Assembly (NCBI GenBank): GCA_031362565.1
Contig: JANLSU010000006.1
Location: forward strand, 33,605-97,604
Direction of reading: 5' to 3'
Length of the DNA stretch: 64,000 nt
DNA from: a bacterium
Lineage (GTDB): Bacteria > Krumholzibacteriota > Krumholzibacteriia > G020349025
The translations under genes and the position numbers were made by a program. Shown here one piece after another: positions 1 through 9,679 of the stretch; position 1 is the first letter of the stretch; the number at the start of each line of letters is the position of its first letter. The notes under the pieces were generated by a model. It searched no databases. It saw nothing but the letters and a program-made list of their open reading frames with translations, and was not told the origin of the DNA.

Positions 1-1206
1 ACTACCGTGGAGGCGGGACACGGCTTCGACGATATGCGACCCCTCGACAAGCTCGTCGGGGGTGCGCGCATCGTGGCGCTCGGCGAGGCGACACACGGCA
101 CGCGCGAGTTCTTCCAAATGAAACACCGGATGCTCGAGTACTTGGTCGAGAAGAAGGGATTTCGCATCTTCGCCATCGAAGCCAACTTGCCCGAGGCGCG
201 GCGCGTGAACGAGTACGTGTTGCACGGTACGGGCAGCGCCACGGCCGCACTGTCGGGGATGTACTTCTGGACCTGGGACACCGAAGAAGTGCTGGCGCTC
301 ATCGAATGGATGCGCGCCTACAACATGGACCCCGCGCACGACGCCCCGGTGCAGTTCATGGGGTTCGACATGCAGATCGCCCGCGTCGCCCTGACGAACG
401 TGCGTACCTTTTTCGCCGAGTACGATTCTGCATTCATCGACACCTTGCCGGCACGCCTCACACCCTTCGCCTTCGACGGAGCCGAGGGGTGGAAGAACCT
501 CGACCCGGCGAAGCGATCCAAGCTGCGCACGACGGCCGGCGCTATCGTCGCGCGGCTCGATACGGAACGCACGCGCTACTCGAAAATGGCGGGTGCCGCA
601 GCGTGGCGCGCCGCGCGGGAAGACGCGCGCGTCATTGCGCAAGCCGCGGCGAAGTGGGACGCACAAAATGACCAAGGTTTCACGAGCGGATTCAATATTC
701 GTGACGCTGCAATGGCCGAAAATGTTGCCTGGATGCTCGAACAGGCTGGCCCGAAGAGCAAGATCGTGTTGTGGGCGCATAACAGCCATATCGCGTTCGA
801 AATGCCGGAGTTCATCAACATGGGTTCGCAGCTGCAGGCGAAATACCATACTGATTACCTGACCATGGGCTTCGTTTTCGCCGCGGGAAGTTTCCAAGCT
901 AACGGCGGGGACGCGTCGCCAGCGTTGCAAGTCTTCGACCTGGGTCCGGCGCCGGTGACCGACGTCAGCGCCGCCTTCACGCGCGCCGGCGAAGCGCTCT
1001 GCATCGTCGACCTGCGCCATGTCCCCCCCGGTCCGGTCGCTCGCTGGTTCGAAGCCGCGCATCCGATGCGTGAGCTGGGGGCGGGGTTCGCCGGCGAGGA
1101 ATTCGCCACACACGATCAATCACTGGCGCGTCGATTCAGCGCCGTCATCTTCGTCGCCCAAACCACCGCCGCGCGGGCCAATCCTAGCGGCCGGCGGGAC
1201 CACTGA
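1..1206 (+). CDS. Erythromycin esterase (EreA/EreB-like) family protein, 5'-partial
   Basis: Motifs IVALGEATHGTREF, FAIEA, FMGFDMQ, RDAAMAENV, VLWAHNSHI. The frame is open from base 1. Confidence 0.88.
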   Translation, partial: TTVEAGHGFDDMRPLDKLVGGARIVALGEATHGTREFFQMKHRMLEYLVEKKGFRIFAIEANLPEARRVNEYVLHGTGSATAALSGMYFWTWDTEEVLALIEWMRAYNMDPAHDAPVQFMGFDMQIARVALTNVRTFFAEYDSAFIDTLPARLTPFAFDGAEGWKNLDPAKRSKLRTTAGAIVARLDTERTRYSKMAGAAAWRAAREDARVIAQAAAKWDAQNDQGFTSGFNIRDAAMAENVAWMLEQAGPKSKIVLWAHNSHIAFEMPEFINMGSQLQAKYHTDYLTMGFVFAAGSFQANGGDASPALQVFDLGPAPVTDVSAAFTRAGEALCIVDLRHVPPGPVARWFEAAHPMRELGAGFAGEEFATHDQSLARRFSAVIFVAQTTAARANPSGRRDH

Positions 1207-1386
1207 TGGCGGGAACCGCGACCGCGAGTTACGCGCCATGCGGAACGCGCTTCAGCCACGTGTCTCTGCCCGCCCAGCGGAGTGGACAAGCAAAGGACAA
1301 GCAGGGAATTCGGGACGGCTTCGATCGCTATCGGTCCAGGAGACCGGCCTTGTTGTCGGGGGCTACTTGGGTGCATTGTGTCGACC

Positions 1387-1760
1387 GTGAAGCGCAAGAA
1401 GACCACCGCAATGCGAACTGAACTGGGCTATGACGCCGTGCTCGCGGACGTGGTTCGTCTCGGTCAGGACGCTCGTCGTGTCGCTGCACGGTCAGTCAAC
1501 AGCGTCATGACGGCCGTGTATTGGGAAATCGGGCGTCGCATCATTGAACACGAGCAGGGCGGCTCCAAGCGCGCCGCGTACGGTGCGGCGCTACTTGCAC
1601 GGCTCTCCGTCGACCTCACGAACCGTTTCGGGCGGGGCTTCTCCGTGGACCGGCTCGAGACCGCCCGTCTTTTCTACCTGGCATACTCGGCCCCCTCGAT
1701 TTCCGCGCCAATGTCGCGGAAATCGCTGGCCGGCAATTCCGCGACGCCGTCGCGGATTTT
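1387..1760 (+). pseudogene. Truncated YhcG/DUF1016 N-terminal domain; PD-(D/E)XK nuclease half missing
   Basis: ARSVNSVMTAVYWEIGRRIIEHEQGG..RAAYG..LLARLS.DLT.RFGRGFS is the typical DUF1016_N signature. Similarity is lost after about 1760. Confidence 0.8.
1697..1759. repeat. Two related palindromic units (period 36 bp) in the YhcG linker
   Basis: CGATTTCCGCG-N7-CGCGGAAATCG (1697-1725) and TCCGCGAC-GCC-GTCGCGGA (1738-1756). Confidence 0.85.
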
Positions 1761-2390
1761 GCTCAGTCTGCCCGCGACCCGTTTTGCGATACCTACTACA
1801 CCGAGAAAATCGAAGTGCGACGGACCGTCACATTTCCGATTCCGTTCCAGAGCACCCCGTACGTCTGGGGCCGCGGGGAAGCGACAGTCGGGTACAATCA
1901 GGACGCGGCTCAGTATGCTCTGGGCTTCTGTGAGGCTGTGCCCGGTACGACTACATCAACGGGGGCGACGCTTCGAACGTACGTCTACCGGTATGTGACC
2001 GCCGGAGGTGGTCATATCGCCTGGTTCCCGGTGAATCCAGGCAGCGTACAGTTCGCGTACACGGCGCTGGGGCAGCTCCGTCCGACGGATGCTGGTGACC
2101 AAGACGATGTTGCATCGTCCGCAGTGCAGTTCTCCGTTGGGAACCCACTGCGTAGCGATGGCGTTCTATTCGTATCGGTACCGAACAATATGGTGACCGC
2201 ACTGCGGGTCTACAACGTCGTCGGCGCTCATGTCGCCACATTGCAGCAAGGCGAACTTCGTGCCGGGCGGCACGAGATTCGCTGGAGCGGACACAGTAGC
2301 AACGGGGCCCCGCTGCCCTCCGGGATCTACCTTGCGAAGCTAGAGACGCCACTGAGAACGATCATGCGAAAGCTGCTGGTTCTCCAGTAG
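1761..2390 (+). pseudogene. C-terminal fragment of a secreted protein with FlgD-Ig/T9SS-like C-terminal domain (5'-truncated)
   Basis: Ends in LRVYNVVGAHVATL..G.HEIRWSG....G.PLPSGIYLAKL. No signal peptide. The frame runs upstream into the YhcG sequence with no proper start. Confidence 0.65.
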
Positions 2391-2402
2391 CGAGCACTGG
2401 AT

Positions 2403-2437
2403 GGCTGGAGAGGGCGAGTGCTTCGCCCTTTCCAGCC
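2403..2437. terminator. Strong intergenic hairpin (possible terminator or processing stem)
   Basis: GGCTGGAGAGGGCGA-GTGCT-TCGCCCTTTCCAGCC forms a 15-bp stem with one G-T pair. No U tract. Confidence 0.4.
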
Positions 2438-2456
2438 GACATATTTGAAGGGGTTC

Positions 2457-3461
2457 ATGCGATCAGGTCGGCGCCGAGAGCACCGATTGTTCCTGCTCCT
2501 CGCGGCAGGCGTCGTCCTTTCCTGTGACGACAATACCCGCCCGCCGCCACCCGGTGACTCTTCGGAATGCGTGCCGGGGCACAACGAGTTCGACTTCCCG
2601 ATGCATCACCAACACCCTGCGTGGTCTCGGCAGGGGCTCGTTGCGTTCCAAGATGCGGGTATCGTCATGGTTGACTCGTCTGGCGTCTATGACACCGACT
2701 CGTCGTTGGCCGGACTGTGGGTGCTCAATCCGACCACCGGAGTACGGCGACGCATTACTCCCTATGGACGCGCACCGACGTGGTCGCCGGATGGGACGAA
2801 GATCGCGTTTTCCGTCGGGCAGATTTTCACGGTGAATCCCGATGGGACCGCGCTTCGGCAACTCACCTTTCTTGGTGCTCACCACTTTCCTTCGTGGAGT
2901 CCTTCTGGGGACTTGATCGCGTACGACGACGCACAGCATCTGTGGATCATGCGCGGGGACGGCACGAACCCACAGAATATTGGACTGGTGGAACAGCCGC
3001 AAGGTTCGCGAATGCCGAGTTGGAATCCCAACGGGACGAAGATCGTTTACATCGGGTATGTCGACGCAACGTTCCCTACGTCGCGCGCGGAGGTTTTCGT
3101 GATGGATGCGTCGGGCACCAACGCGGTGCGGATAACCACCAACGAGACCGATGACACGTTCCCGGTGTTCTCACCAGATGGGCGAAGTATTGCATACAGC
3201 GGCCAGTTTCTTGATGGCACCATCCCCGACTATCTGCTTCCGCAGATCTGGGTAGTGAGTGCTGATGGTGGCGGCGTCCGGCAACTTACCGCTCACGGCG
3301 GCTATCATCCTTCCTGGTCCTCGAACGGCTTGATGATTGTCTACACTCGAGAGAATGCCATTTGCGACATCCCGGGAAATGGCGTTCTGTGGACGGTCGA
3401 TCTCCGAACGGGTGTCGAGACGCAGCTGACGACGAAATGGCCCGAGCAGTCCCTGCAGTAG
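2457..3461 (+). CDS. TolB-like PD40 beta-propeller lipoprotein
   Basis: Lipobox VVLSC and repeated P.WSPDG..IAF/Y (PD40) motifs. Confidence 0.85.
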   Translation: MRSGRRREHRLFLLLAAGVVLSCDDNTRPPPPGDSSECVPGHNEFDFPMHHQHPAWSRQGLVAFQDAGIVMVDSSGVYDTDSSLAGLWVLNPTTGVRRRITPYGRAPTWSPDGTKIAFSVGQIFTVNPDGTALRQLTFLGAHHFPSWSPSGDLIAYDDAQHLWIMRGDGTNPQNIGLVEQPQGSRMPSWNPNGTKIVYIGYVDATFPTSRAEVFVMDASGTNAVRITTNETDDTFPVFSPDGRSIAYSGQFLDGTIPDYLLPQIWVVSADGGGVRQLTAHGGYHPSWSSNGLMIVYTRENAICDIPGNGVLWTVDLRTGVETQLTTKWPEQSLQ

Positions 3462-3826
3462 GGACGAAATCCCCGGCGGCAAGGAAGCACTGCCGGGGAC
3501 TCGCCGCTGCGAACGAGGGGCGATCGTTCTCTGGAGCCTCGGGTACGATGCCTCCCGACATCACTGATGTCGAGCGCTGTCGCAGCGGCGGCGATTCTAC
3601 CACCGCCCAATCGGCCTCGCCAAGGACTGGCGTACAAATGACTCGATGCGACGTGGATCTCAATCGGGCCCCGTAGGGACCTTGAGCAGATCATGAATCG
3701 CTCGATGATCTGGATATTGAATCGCCCCGGGATCGCCGGAGACTCCAATCCTTGAGAGGACGCTCCTATTGTCCGTAAGCGGTCTATAGTCGGAGCCTAG
3801 CTCCCGGTCCGGACTTGGGATAGAAG

Positions 3827-3850
3827 AGCCGACGCGAGTCCGGTTTTTTT
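3827..3850 (+). terminator. Intrinsic terminator-like stem-loop
   Basis: AGCCGAC-GCGA-GTCCGGT stem (one bulge, GNRA loop) running into T7. Confidence 0.5.
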
Positions 3851-3991
3851 CGCGGAGGTCCGGAGCGTACTCCGTTAGACGCGGCTAGCGTCTGCTGAAT
3901 TACATCCACCTAGCGCAGCGCCATACGCCAGAACGATGGCGCAGATCTTGGACCCAGCACGGCGTGGCCGGTAGCTGAGCCACTGCGTTGG

Positions 3992-4077
3992 TGGTGCCGG
4001 GGCCGGGACTCGAACCCGGACACCCTTTCGGATAGAGGATTTTAAGTCCTCGGCGTCTGCCATTCCGCCACCCCGGC
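3992..4077 (-). tRNA. tRNA-Leu (anticodon TAA), CCA encoded
   Basis: Reverse complement GCCGGGGTGGCGGAATGGCAGACGCCGAGGACTTAAAATCCTC...GGTTCGAGTCCCGGCCCCGGCACCA, with a long variable arm. Confidence 0.97.
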
Positions 4078-4215
4078 TACCGGAGTGGATGCTAGGAAGT
4101 GGGGAGGCGCGAGGCAAGGTGTCTTCGGTTTGCTGCCGCCGCAGCCGCGTCGCCAACCGTGGCTATCGAGCGGGGAACGACACTGGTGCGACCGCGGGAC
4201 TCATAGGGCCGGCCT

Positions 4216-6177
4216 CTACCGCTTGATCTTCCACCGCGACCAGCGTCCCGGGGTAGGCCCGGCGGGTTCCAGCTCCTCGAGGGCGGTCGCTAGGTCCTGC
4301 ATCGTCTGGTAGCGCTCCGCCTTGTCCTTCTGCAGGGTCTTCGTGACGATTGCCGCGAGTGCTTCGGGCAGATCGGGGTTCGCCTTGCGGATCGGCGGTG
4401 GCTCTTTGTTCACGATGGCGTACAGCACTGACATCTGGGTGTCGCCCTCGAAGGGCCGCCGGCCCGAGAACAGCTCGTACAGAACGATCCCGAAGGAGAA
4501 AATGTCGGTGCGGTGGTCGATGGTTCCGCCCTTCGCCTGCTCCGGGGACATGTACGCGGGGGTGCCGAGGGCGATCCCTGTCCGGGTGAGTTTCTCTTCG
4601 CTTTCGAGCTGCAGTTGCGCCAGGCCGAAATCCATGACTTTCACGACGCCTTCGTCGGTGATCATGATGTTGTCCGGCTTGATGTCGCGATGGACAATCG
4701 AATTGGCGTGAGCGGCTGCGAACGCCCTTCCGGCCTGGATCGCAGCGCCAACCTGCGCATTGAAATTCTTAGGATCGTCGTGCCGCCAGACCTTCAGGGT
4801 GCGCCCTTGCACGAATTCCATGGAGATGTAATACCGGCCGTGATCTTCTCCGACCTCGTACACCGTCGCGATTCCGGGGTGGCTCAAACTCGATGCGGCC
4901 TGGGCCTCGCGCATGAATCGCTCCACGTACCGCTCGTCGGCCGACAGCATCTTTGGCAGTAGAACCTTCAGTGCCACGATCCGCTTGAGCTTGACGTCGC
5001 GCGCCTTATAGACCACGCCCATTCCGCCGGCGCCGATCTTGCCGAGAATTTCATGATGGCCGAGCGTTTCGCCAGGTTCCGGCAGGCCTTTGAGCGCGAC
5101 GGTTCCGCCGCTGCTATGGGTCCCCGAAGGTGCGGGATCGAAATCCAAGACCTTCGACAAGCCGTCCGACTCCCGCCGCAGCCATCTCTCGAAGAAGAAG
5201 TTGGAGATGCTGTAACCCGTACCCACCTGCTTGACGCAACCCAACTGTCTCAGTTCGTAGAGGAGTGCGCTGACGCGATCACCGCCGACGCCGACGCGCG
5301 TTTCCAGAGCCACCGTGTCCAGATTCTCGCCCTGTACGAGGAGCAGGAGGATCTTCTTTTCGGCTGGATCGAGTGACTCGTAATCCACCGCAAAGAAGTG
5401 TGAGACCATGTCATCGGCGCTCGCTTCCTCGATCACTTCACCCAGAGTTCGGCCATCGAAAAGGCGCTCGCACAACAGTTGAACGAGGTACGGGTGATTG
5501 TTGGTCTTCTCCATGACCGCCTGAACGTCCTCGGGCCTGAAGCCGCCCGGTTGGATCAGTGTCCTCGCTTCCTCATCGCTCAACCTCGAGAGATACAACG
5601 GCGGAACGAACCCGTTCAGGAACGGCGACGTGTCGGTGAGTGCGCTGCGCTCGAGCTGGCCCAAACGCCGGGTGGCCGTGAGCACCGTGCGCAACGCCTC
5701 GCCCTGCTGCAGCACCCGCCGGAGTCGAGGCAGAGTCTCGGGCGCCGCCTTCTCGATGTTGAGGAGTTCCTCGCATTCGTCACAGAGCAGCATCAGGCTG
5801 AGGTTCTTGTCCCGCGCCTTGCGCTCCAGGTGACGCAGGATCTCGAACACGGTCATCCCGGCAAGCTCGTCGCAGCCGACCCCGATCGCCTCGAAGCGCT
5901 CGTCAGCGGCCTCGACGCTCTCGATCAAACTCTCCTTGAGGCCGGCCAGATCTCGGCTGCCCTGCAGATCCCACAAGAGAACGATGTATTCGCCGGCGTA
6001 AGGCGGGGACTGGCTCAGATGCTCGAGCTGCTTGAGTAACGACGTCTTGCCCAAGCGGCGCGTGCCGGCGACCCAAACGTAGTTCCGGCTTCCGTGCAGC
6101 ACTTTCTCGAGCAGATCCTGGCGGCCGATGAACTTCTCACCACGCACCCATTTTCCCGCCGTGAAGGGATTCTTCAT
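4216..6177 (-). CDS. STAND/AAA-type P-loop ATPase fused to winged helix and C-terminal Hanks-type Ser/Thr kinase
   Basis: NPFTAG..FIGR, Walker A GTRRLGKTS, Walker B LLCDECE. Kinase motifs GAGGMGVVY, VALK, HRDIKPDN, DFGLA, GTPAYMSPEQ. Confidence 0.92.
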   Translation of the reverse strand: MKNPFTAGKWVRGEKFIGRQDLLEKVLHGSRNYVWVAGTRRLGKTSLLKQLEHLSQSPPYAGEYIVLLWDLQGSRDLAGLKESLIESVEAADERFEAIGVGCDELAGMTVFEILRHLERKARDKNLSLMLLCDECEELLNIEKAAPETLPRLRRVLQQGEALRTVLTATRRLGQLERSALTDTSPFLNGFVPPLYLSRLSDEEARTLIQPGGFRPEDVQAVMEKTNNHPYLVQLLCERLFDGRTLGEVIEEASADDMVSHFFAVDYESLDPAEKKILLLLVQGENLDTVALETRVGVGGDRVSALLYELRQLGCVKQVGTGYSISNFFFERWLRRESDGLSKVLDFDPAPSGTHSSGGTVALKGLPEPGETLGHHEILGKIGAGGMGVVYKARDVKLKRIVALKVLLPKMLSADERYVERFMREAQAASSLSHPGIATVYEVGEDHGRYYISMEFVQGRTLKVWRHDDPKNFNAQVGAAIQAGRAFAAAHANSIVHRDIKPDNIMITDEGVVKVMDFGLAQLQLESEEKLTRTGIALGTPAYMSPEQAKGGTIDHRTDIFSFGIVLYELFSGRRPFEGDTQMSVLYAIVNKEPPPIRKANPDLPEALAAIVTKTLQKDKAERYQTMQDLATALEELEPAGPTPGRWSRWKIKR

Positions 6178-8315
6178 GTCGTGTCACCTCCCTCGACCAC
6201 GCTCAGAACGACCTCCCGCACGGCTTCCACGTCGCCCACCGTGACTCGGCGGCGCTTCTCTTCGATGATCCGGTTGATGACGTTGATGCAGAATCTCTGG
6301 ATGAGGTAAGGCTTGCGCTCGCTGTACTCGAGGATGCTATCGATGGCGCGGGCGTCGTAGCTGAAGATCCCCTTCACGGGCTCGCAGATCAGGTTCGTCG
6401 CGTCATCGGCTTGCAGCGGCGGAATCTCCATCTCCTGGAAAAAGTTGTACCAAGGGCTGCCTTCGCTCTCCCAGTTCTTCCGGATATAGGCACCTGACAT
6501 CACCGCGACGAGGTTGTCGGCAAAGGACTTCATGAACACACTCCGGAGCCGTTGATTGACTTGCTCGGAGTACTTGTTCAGTTCGTCGACCTCATCGATC
6601 AGGAGCACGAGCTTGAGCTGCTTCTCGGTCGTCTTCTTCAGCGCGTCGATCAAGGTCTTGAGATCGCGCGAGAACTCCCGCCCGGAATAATCGTTCTTGT
6701 TCCTCTGAAGCTCGAAGGACAGCACGTCTTTCAGTCTGGGCCTGCACGCCTCCAAGATGTCTTCTATGAGCGTGTTGAAGAAGCGATCCTCCGACGTCCC
6801 TTGCAGGTCGATCATCACCGGGATGTAGAGGTAGTCGGGGTCCTTGAGGGTTTCGAGCCGGCGCTTGAGTTCATGCTGCAGCGACGTCTTGCCGATCCGG
6901 CGCGGTCCGTAGAGCATGAGGCTGTTGTTGTGCAATGTGTTCAGGATGCGGGTCAGGAGTTGTTCGCGCCCGAAGAGCATCTTTTCGTTACGGATCGGCG
7001 ATCCTGCGATATACGGGTTGTACTTGTTGATGATGGCGATGCGGTACTTGATCGCCTTCTGCAGCAGCACGGCGCCAAGTCCGAGCAGGGCAATCGCGGC
7101 CAGGGAAATCCGAAAAACCGCCGTTTCGTACACCGCGGGCTTCCGGAAGATTCTGAACGGCTCGGGAGTCCAGTGTTGCGGCGAGTCCACGTCGTACGCC
7201 GTGACGACGATCTGGTTCTCGCCCTTCTGGAGTGGAATGTCGGTGGCGAAGGCGATGCGCTTCGGGTCGTCGGTTGGACCTGGTCGAATCATGACTCGCA
7301 CGCCCGATGCATCGAGCAACGGCGCGCCGTTCAGAGTGAACTCGATGTGATCGATGCCTTGGTCGTCCCCGACCTGGCCGGCCAGCCGCGCGTTGCCGGA
7401 TCGCACCTGCGTCACTGAACCCGCGGGGGTGGAGATCGCGAAGAGTGGGGCAATGCTCTGCGGCATCGCCGGATCGGGCGGCTCGACGATCTTCTCGTCG
7501 GTCTTTTGTTTCAATCCCGCCAGATCGGCCTGGGTCTTGCGCACCCATGCCGCGGCAACGCCGAGATTGGGATCCTGCTGCAGGGCCGCCGTGAACTCTT
7601 TGAGCGCCAGCTGGTACTCACCCAGCAGGTAGTGATTGAGCCCAGCTTCGAACCTCTCCCGACCCATCGGCGCCACCGGTGGCGGTAGTAATGGCCTAGG
7701 GATGTCGGGTTCCTGCCTCATCAAGCGGATGTATTGTTCGAGACTGTTCCAGCGCCGGTCACCAGGACGGCGAGTCTTCAGCTCGTCGATCTTGGCTTGC
7801 GCCTGGATAAAGTCCTCCGCGTCGATCAAATCGAGTGTCGCCGACAGCGTCGAGAGCGTCGAGTCGCGAGAGTCCGGCGCCGCTGGGCGCGGCTCGGCAG
7901 GAAGAACGAGCTGCTCGGCGATCTTCTTCAAACGTTCGAGATGATGCTGGTGGGTAGTTTTCGCAACCTCGCCCGCCTGTTCTTCCTTGCGAAAATTCTC
8001 CAACGCCAATCGCGAGTCACCGGAGTAGAGATACGCCTGTCCAAGATAGTAATACGGCAAGTACTCGACGAGTTTGAGGCCGGCGGTCATTGCTTGACGG
8101 TCGGGGTGCGAGCGATCTGCGACAGCGGCTTGAAAGCTCGCAACGGCCTTGTTCCAGTCGCCGTGGTCGAGCGCGCTCTTGCCGTTCTCGTAAGCCTCGT
8201 TCCAAACCTCGGCGTGCAGCGCGGATCCCGAGAGGCAGATGGCAAGGAATACAACACAGGTCGAGATGTGCCATCGGTGTTCAGGCGCGAGACCCGACAT
8301 TTTGATCAACCGCAT
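6174..8315 (-). CDS. Membrane-anchored protein: signal peptide, TPR repeats, Ig-like domain, TM helix, cytoplasmic STAND/AAA ATPase
   Basis: Hydrophobic N-terminus ending LHA, TPR-like helices (YYYLGQAY; G..HYLLGEY..A), Ig-like GENQIVVTAYD, TM segment ISLAAIALLGLGAVLL, then NPYIAG..LFGRE, GPRRIGKTS, LLIDEVD. Confidence 0.88.
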   Translation of the reverse strand: MRLIKMSGLAPEHRWHISTCVVFLAICLSGSALHAEVWNEAYENGKSALDHGDWNKAVASFQAAVADRSHPDRQAMTAGLKLVEYLPYYYLGQAYLYSGDSRLALENFRKEEQAGEVAKTTHQHHLERLKKIAEQLVLPAEPRPAAPDSRDSTLSTLSATLDLIDAEDFIQAQAKIDELKTRRPGDRRWNSLEQYIRLMRQEPDIPRPLLPPPVAPMGRERFEAGLNHYLLGEYQLALKEFTAALQQDPNLGVAAAWVRKTQADLAGLKQKTDEKIVEPPDPAMPQSIAPLFAISTPAGSVTQVRSGNARLAGQVGDDQGIDHIEFTLNGAPLLDASGVRVMIRPGPTDDPKRIAFATDIPLQKGENQIVVTAYDVDSPQHWTPEPFRIFRKPAVYETAVFRISLAAIALLGLGAVLLQKAIKYRIAIINKYNPYIAGSPIRNEKMLFGREQLLTRILNTLHNNSLMLYGPRRIGKTSLQHELKRRLETLKDPDYLYIPVMIDLQGTSEDRFFNTLIEDILEACRPRLKDVLSFELQRNKNDYSGREFSRDLKTLIDALKKTTEKQLKLVLLIDEVDELNKYSEQVNQRLRSVFMKSFADNLVAVMSGAYIRKNWESEGSPWYNFFQEMEIPPLQADDATNLICEPVKGIFSYDARAIDSILEYSERKPYLIQRFCINVINRIIEEKRRRVTVGDVEAVREVVLSVVEGGDTT

Positions 8316-8317
8316 GG

Positions 8318-9679
8318 TTAGAACTCGATATGAGCGGAGCCGGTGACCGAATTGACCTCTCGCGACGCCAACAGGCCCAAGTCCAACTTGAAGTTACCGA
8401 TCGGTACGATGCCGATTCCTCCAGCGAAGTAGGTCCGATCCTTGGCCTCGGGATAGAAGCCCTGCAGATTCACATTGCCTTCACTAGCATGAATGCGATG
8501 GCCGGGGTTGGTGAAGGCGCCAGCTCGCACCGGCACGATGCCCAACCAAGGCAGGTCGGCGATGAACTCCACCCCGACGTGAAACTCGTAGGCGTCAGTG
8601 GCCACCAAGTCCGGCTGTCCGTCGGGGTCCCGGTAGGTTCCGCCGGCGTCCGGCGTGTCGTCGGCGATCGCATTGCGGCTGTTGCCATCCAAGAGGTCGG
8701 AGTACTCGATCCGCGCCACGTCGAAGGCGAACCGCAGTCGATCCATCATCACATAGTAGAAGCCCAGGCCTTGGGAATCGGGAATGTGGAAATCGAACGG
8801 CACATTCCGCAACAAGCTGGCGGGAAGCACCTCCGCGCCGACCGTGTACTCGGGAAGGAAAACATCGCTGTGGAACGTGTACTTGGGACGGACGTGCGCC
8901 ACAGCGCCAAGGAACAGTTTATTCCGGAAAAGGGTGGCCAGCATCCCGAGATCATAGGTCGGGGCGACGTCAGTCTGGTCCAGCGTCGTGACGGAGTACA
9001 TGGTTTCTACGGAGTTCCGCCTTGGCGCACTGCCATTGGCAACCTCCGGATCCAAGAAAAGGTGCTCGCTCGCGCTGATCCTGAGGAAGGACAACCGGGT
9101 ACACGCGCCGAAGCTGATGCGATTCGACGGCGCATAAGCCATCGCAACGCATTCGTCGACGAGCGTCAGGTTCAGAGTGACTCGGCGTCCGGGAAAGTTG
9201 CCCAGGCCCCCGAGCACCTGACGAGCGTTGAGGGGCGACCGGGTCGTGAGGAATTGCTGGGTCTCGAACTCGAAGCGCGAATCCATCTGGACCTGGCGAA
9301 ACATCGAAAAAGCGAACTTCTTCATCGGATAGACGAGGCTGACCAGGCTTTGTTCGAAGTTGGATGAGCGGAAACGCTTCGTGCCCGTTGGGTTGTCCGG
9401 GGAGCCTTCAGGCTCGTCATAGTTGAGTTGTGACCAGCGTTGGTGCGTGGACGCTCCGGGTTTGTCGAGGCGCGTCATCCCAGCCGGATTGACGCTGGAC
9501 GAGATCTCGTCTTGGGCCGCCGCGATGAACGCGCCAGCCAGTCCGCTCGGTCGCGCGCCGGGGACAATGAAGTCGACCCTGAAATAGCGCGGATCCAACG
9601 CCGCGACGGGAGGGCGCTGCGCTTCGCAGTCCCAGGCGACGAGCAAGATGAGAACACCGGCGCAGTGCGACAGCCGCAT
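8318..9679 (-). CDS. Outer-membrane beta-barrel, FadL/PorV-like
   Basis: Signal peptide, GARPSGLAGAFIA..D...NPAG plug motif, amphipathic strands and C-terminal Phe (AHIEF). Confidence 0.8.
   Translation of the reverse strand: MRLSHCAGVLILLVAWDCEAQRPPVAALDPRYFRVDFIVPGARPSGLAGAFIAAAQDEISSSVNPAGMTRLDKPGASTHQRWSQLNYDEPEGSPDNPTGTKRFRSSNFEQSLVSLVYPMKKFAFSMFRQVQMDSRFEFETQQFLTTRSPLNARQVLGGLGNFPGRRVTLNLTLVDECVAMAYAPSNRISFGACTRLSFLRISASEHLFLDPEVANGSAPRRNSVETMYSVTTLDQTDVAPTYDLGMLATLFRNKLFLGAVAHVRPKYTFHSDVFLPEYTVGAEVLPASLLRNVPFDFHIPDSQGLGFYYVMMDRLRFAFDVARIEYSDLLDGNSRNAIADDTPDAGGTYRDPDGQPDLVATDAYEFHVGVEFIADLPWLGIVPVRAGAFTNPGHRIHASEGNVNLQGFYPEAKDRTYFAGGIGIVPIGNFKLDLGLLASREVNSVTGSAHIEF

Noticed and set aside
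3874..3880. GTTAGAC integron core-like heptamer near the tRNA
   Set aside because: No matching RYYYAAC or attC stem; expected by chance.
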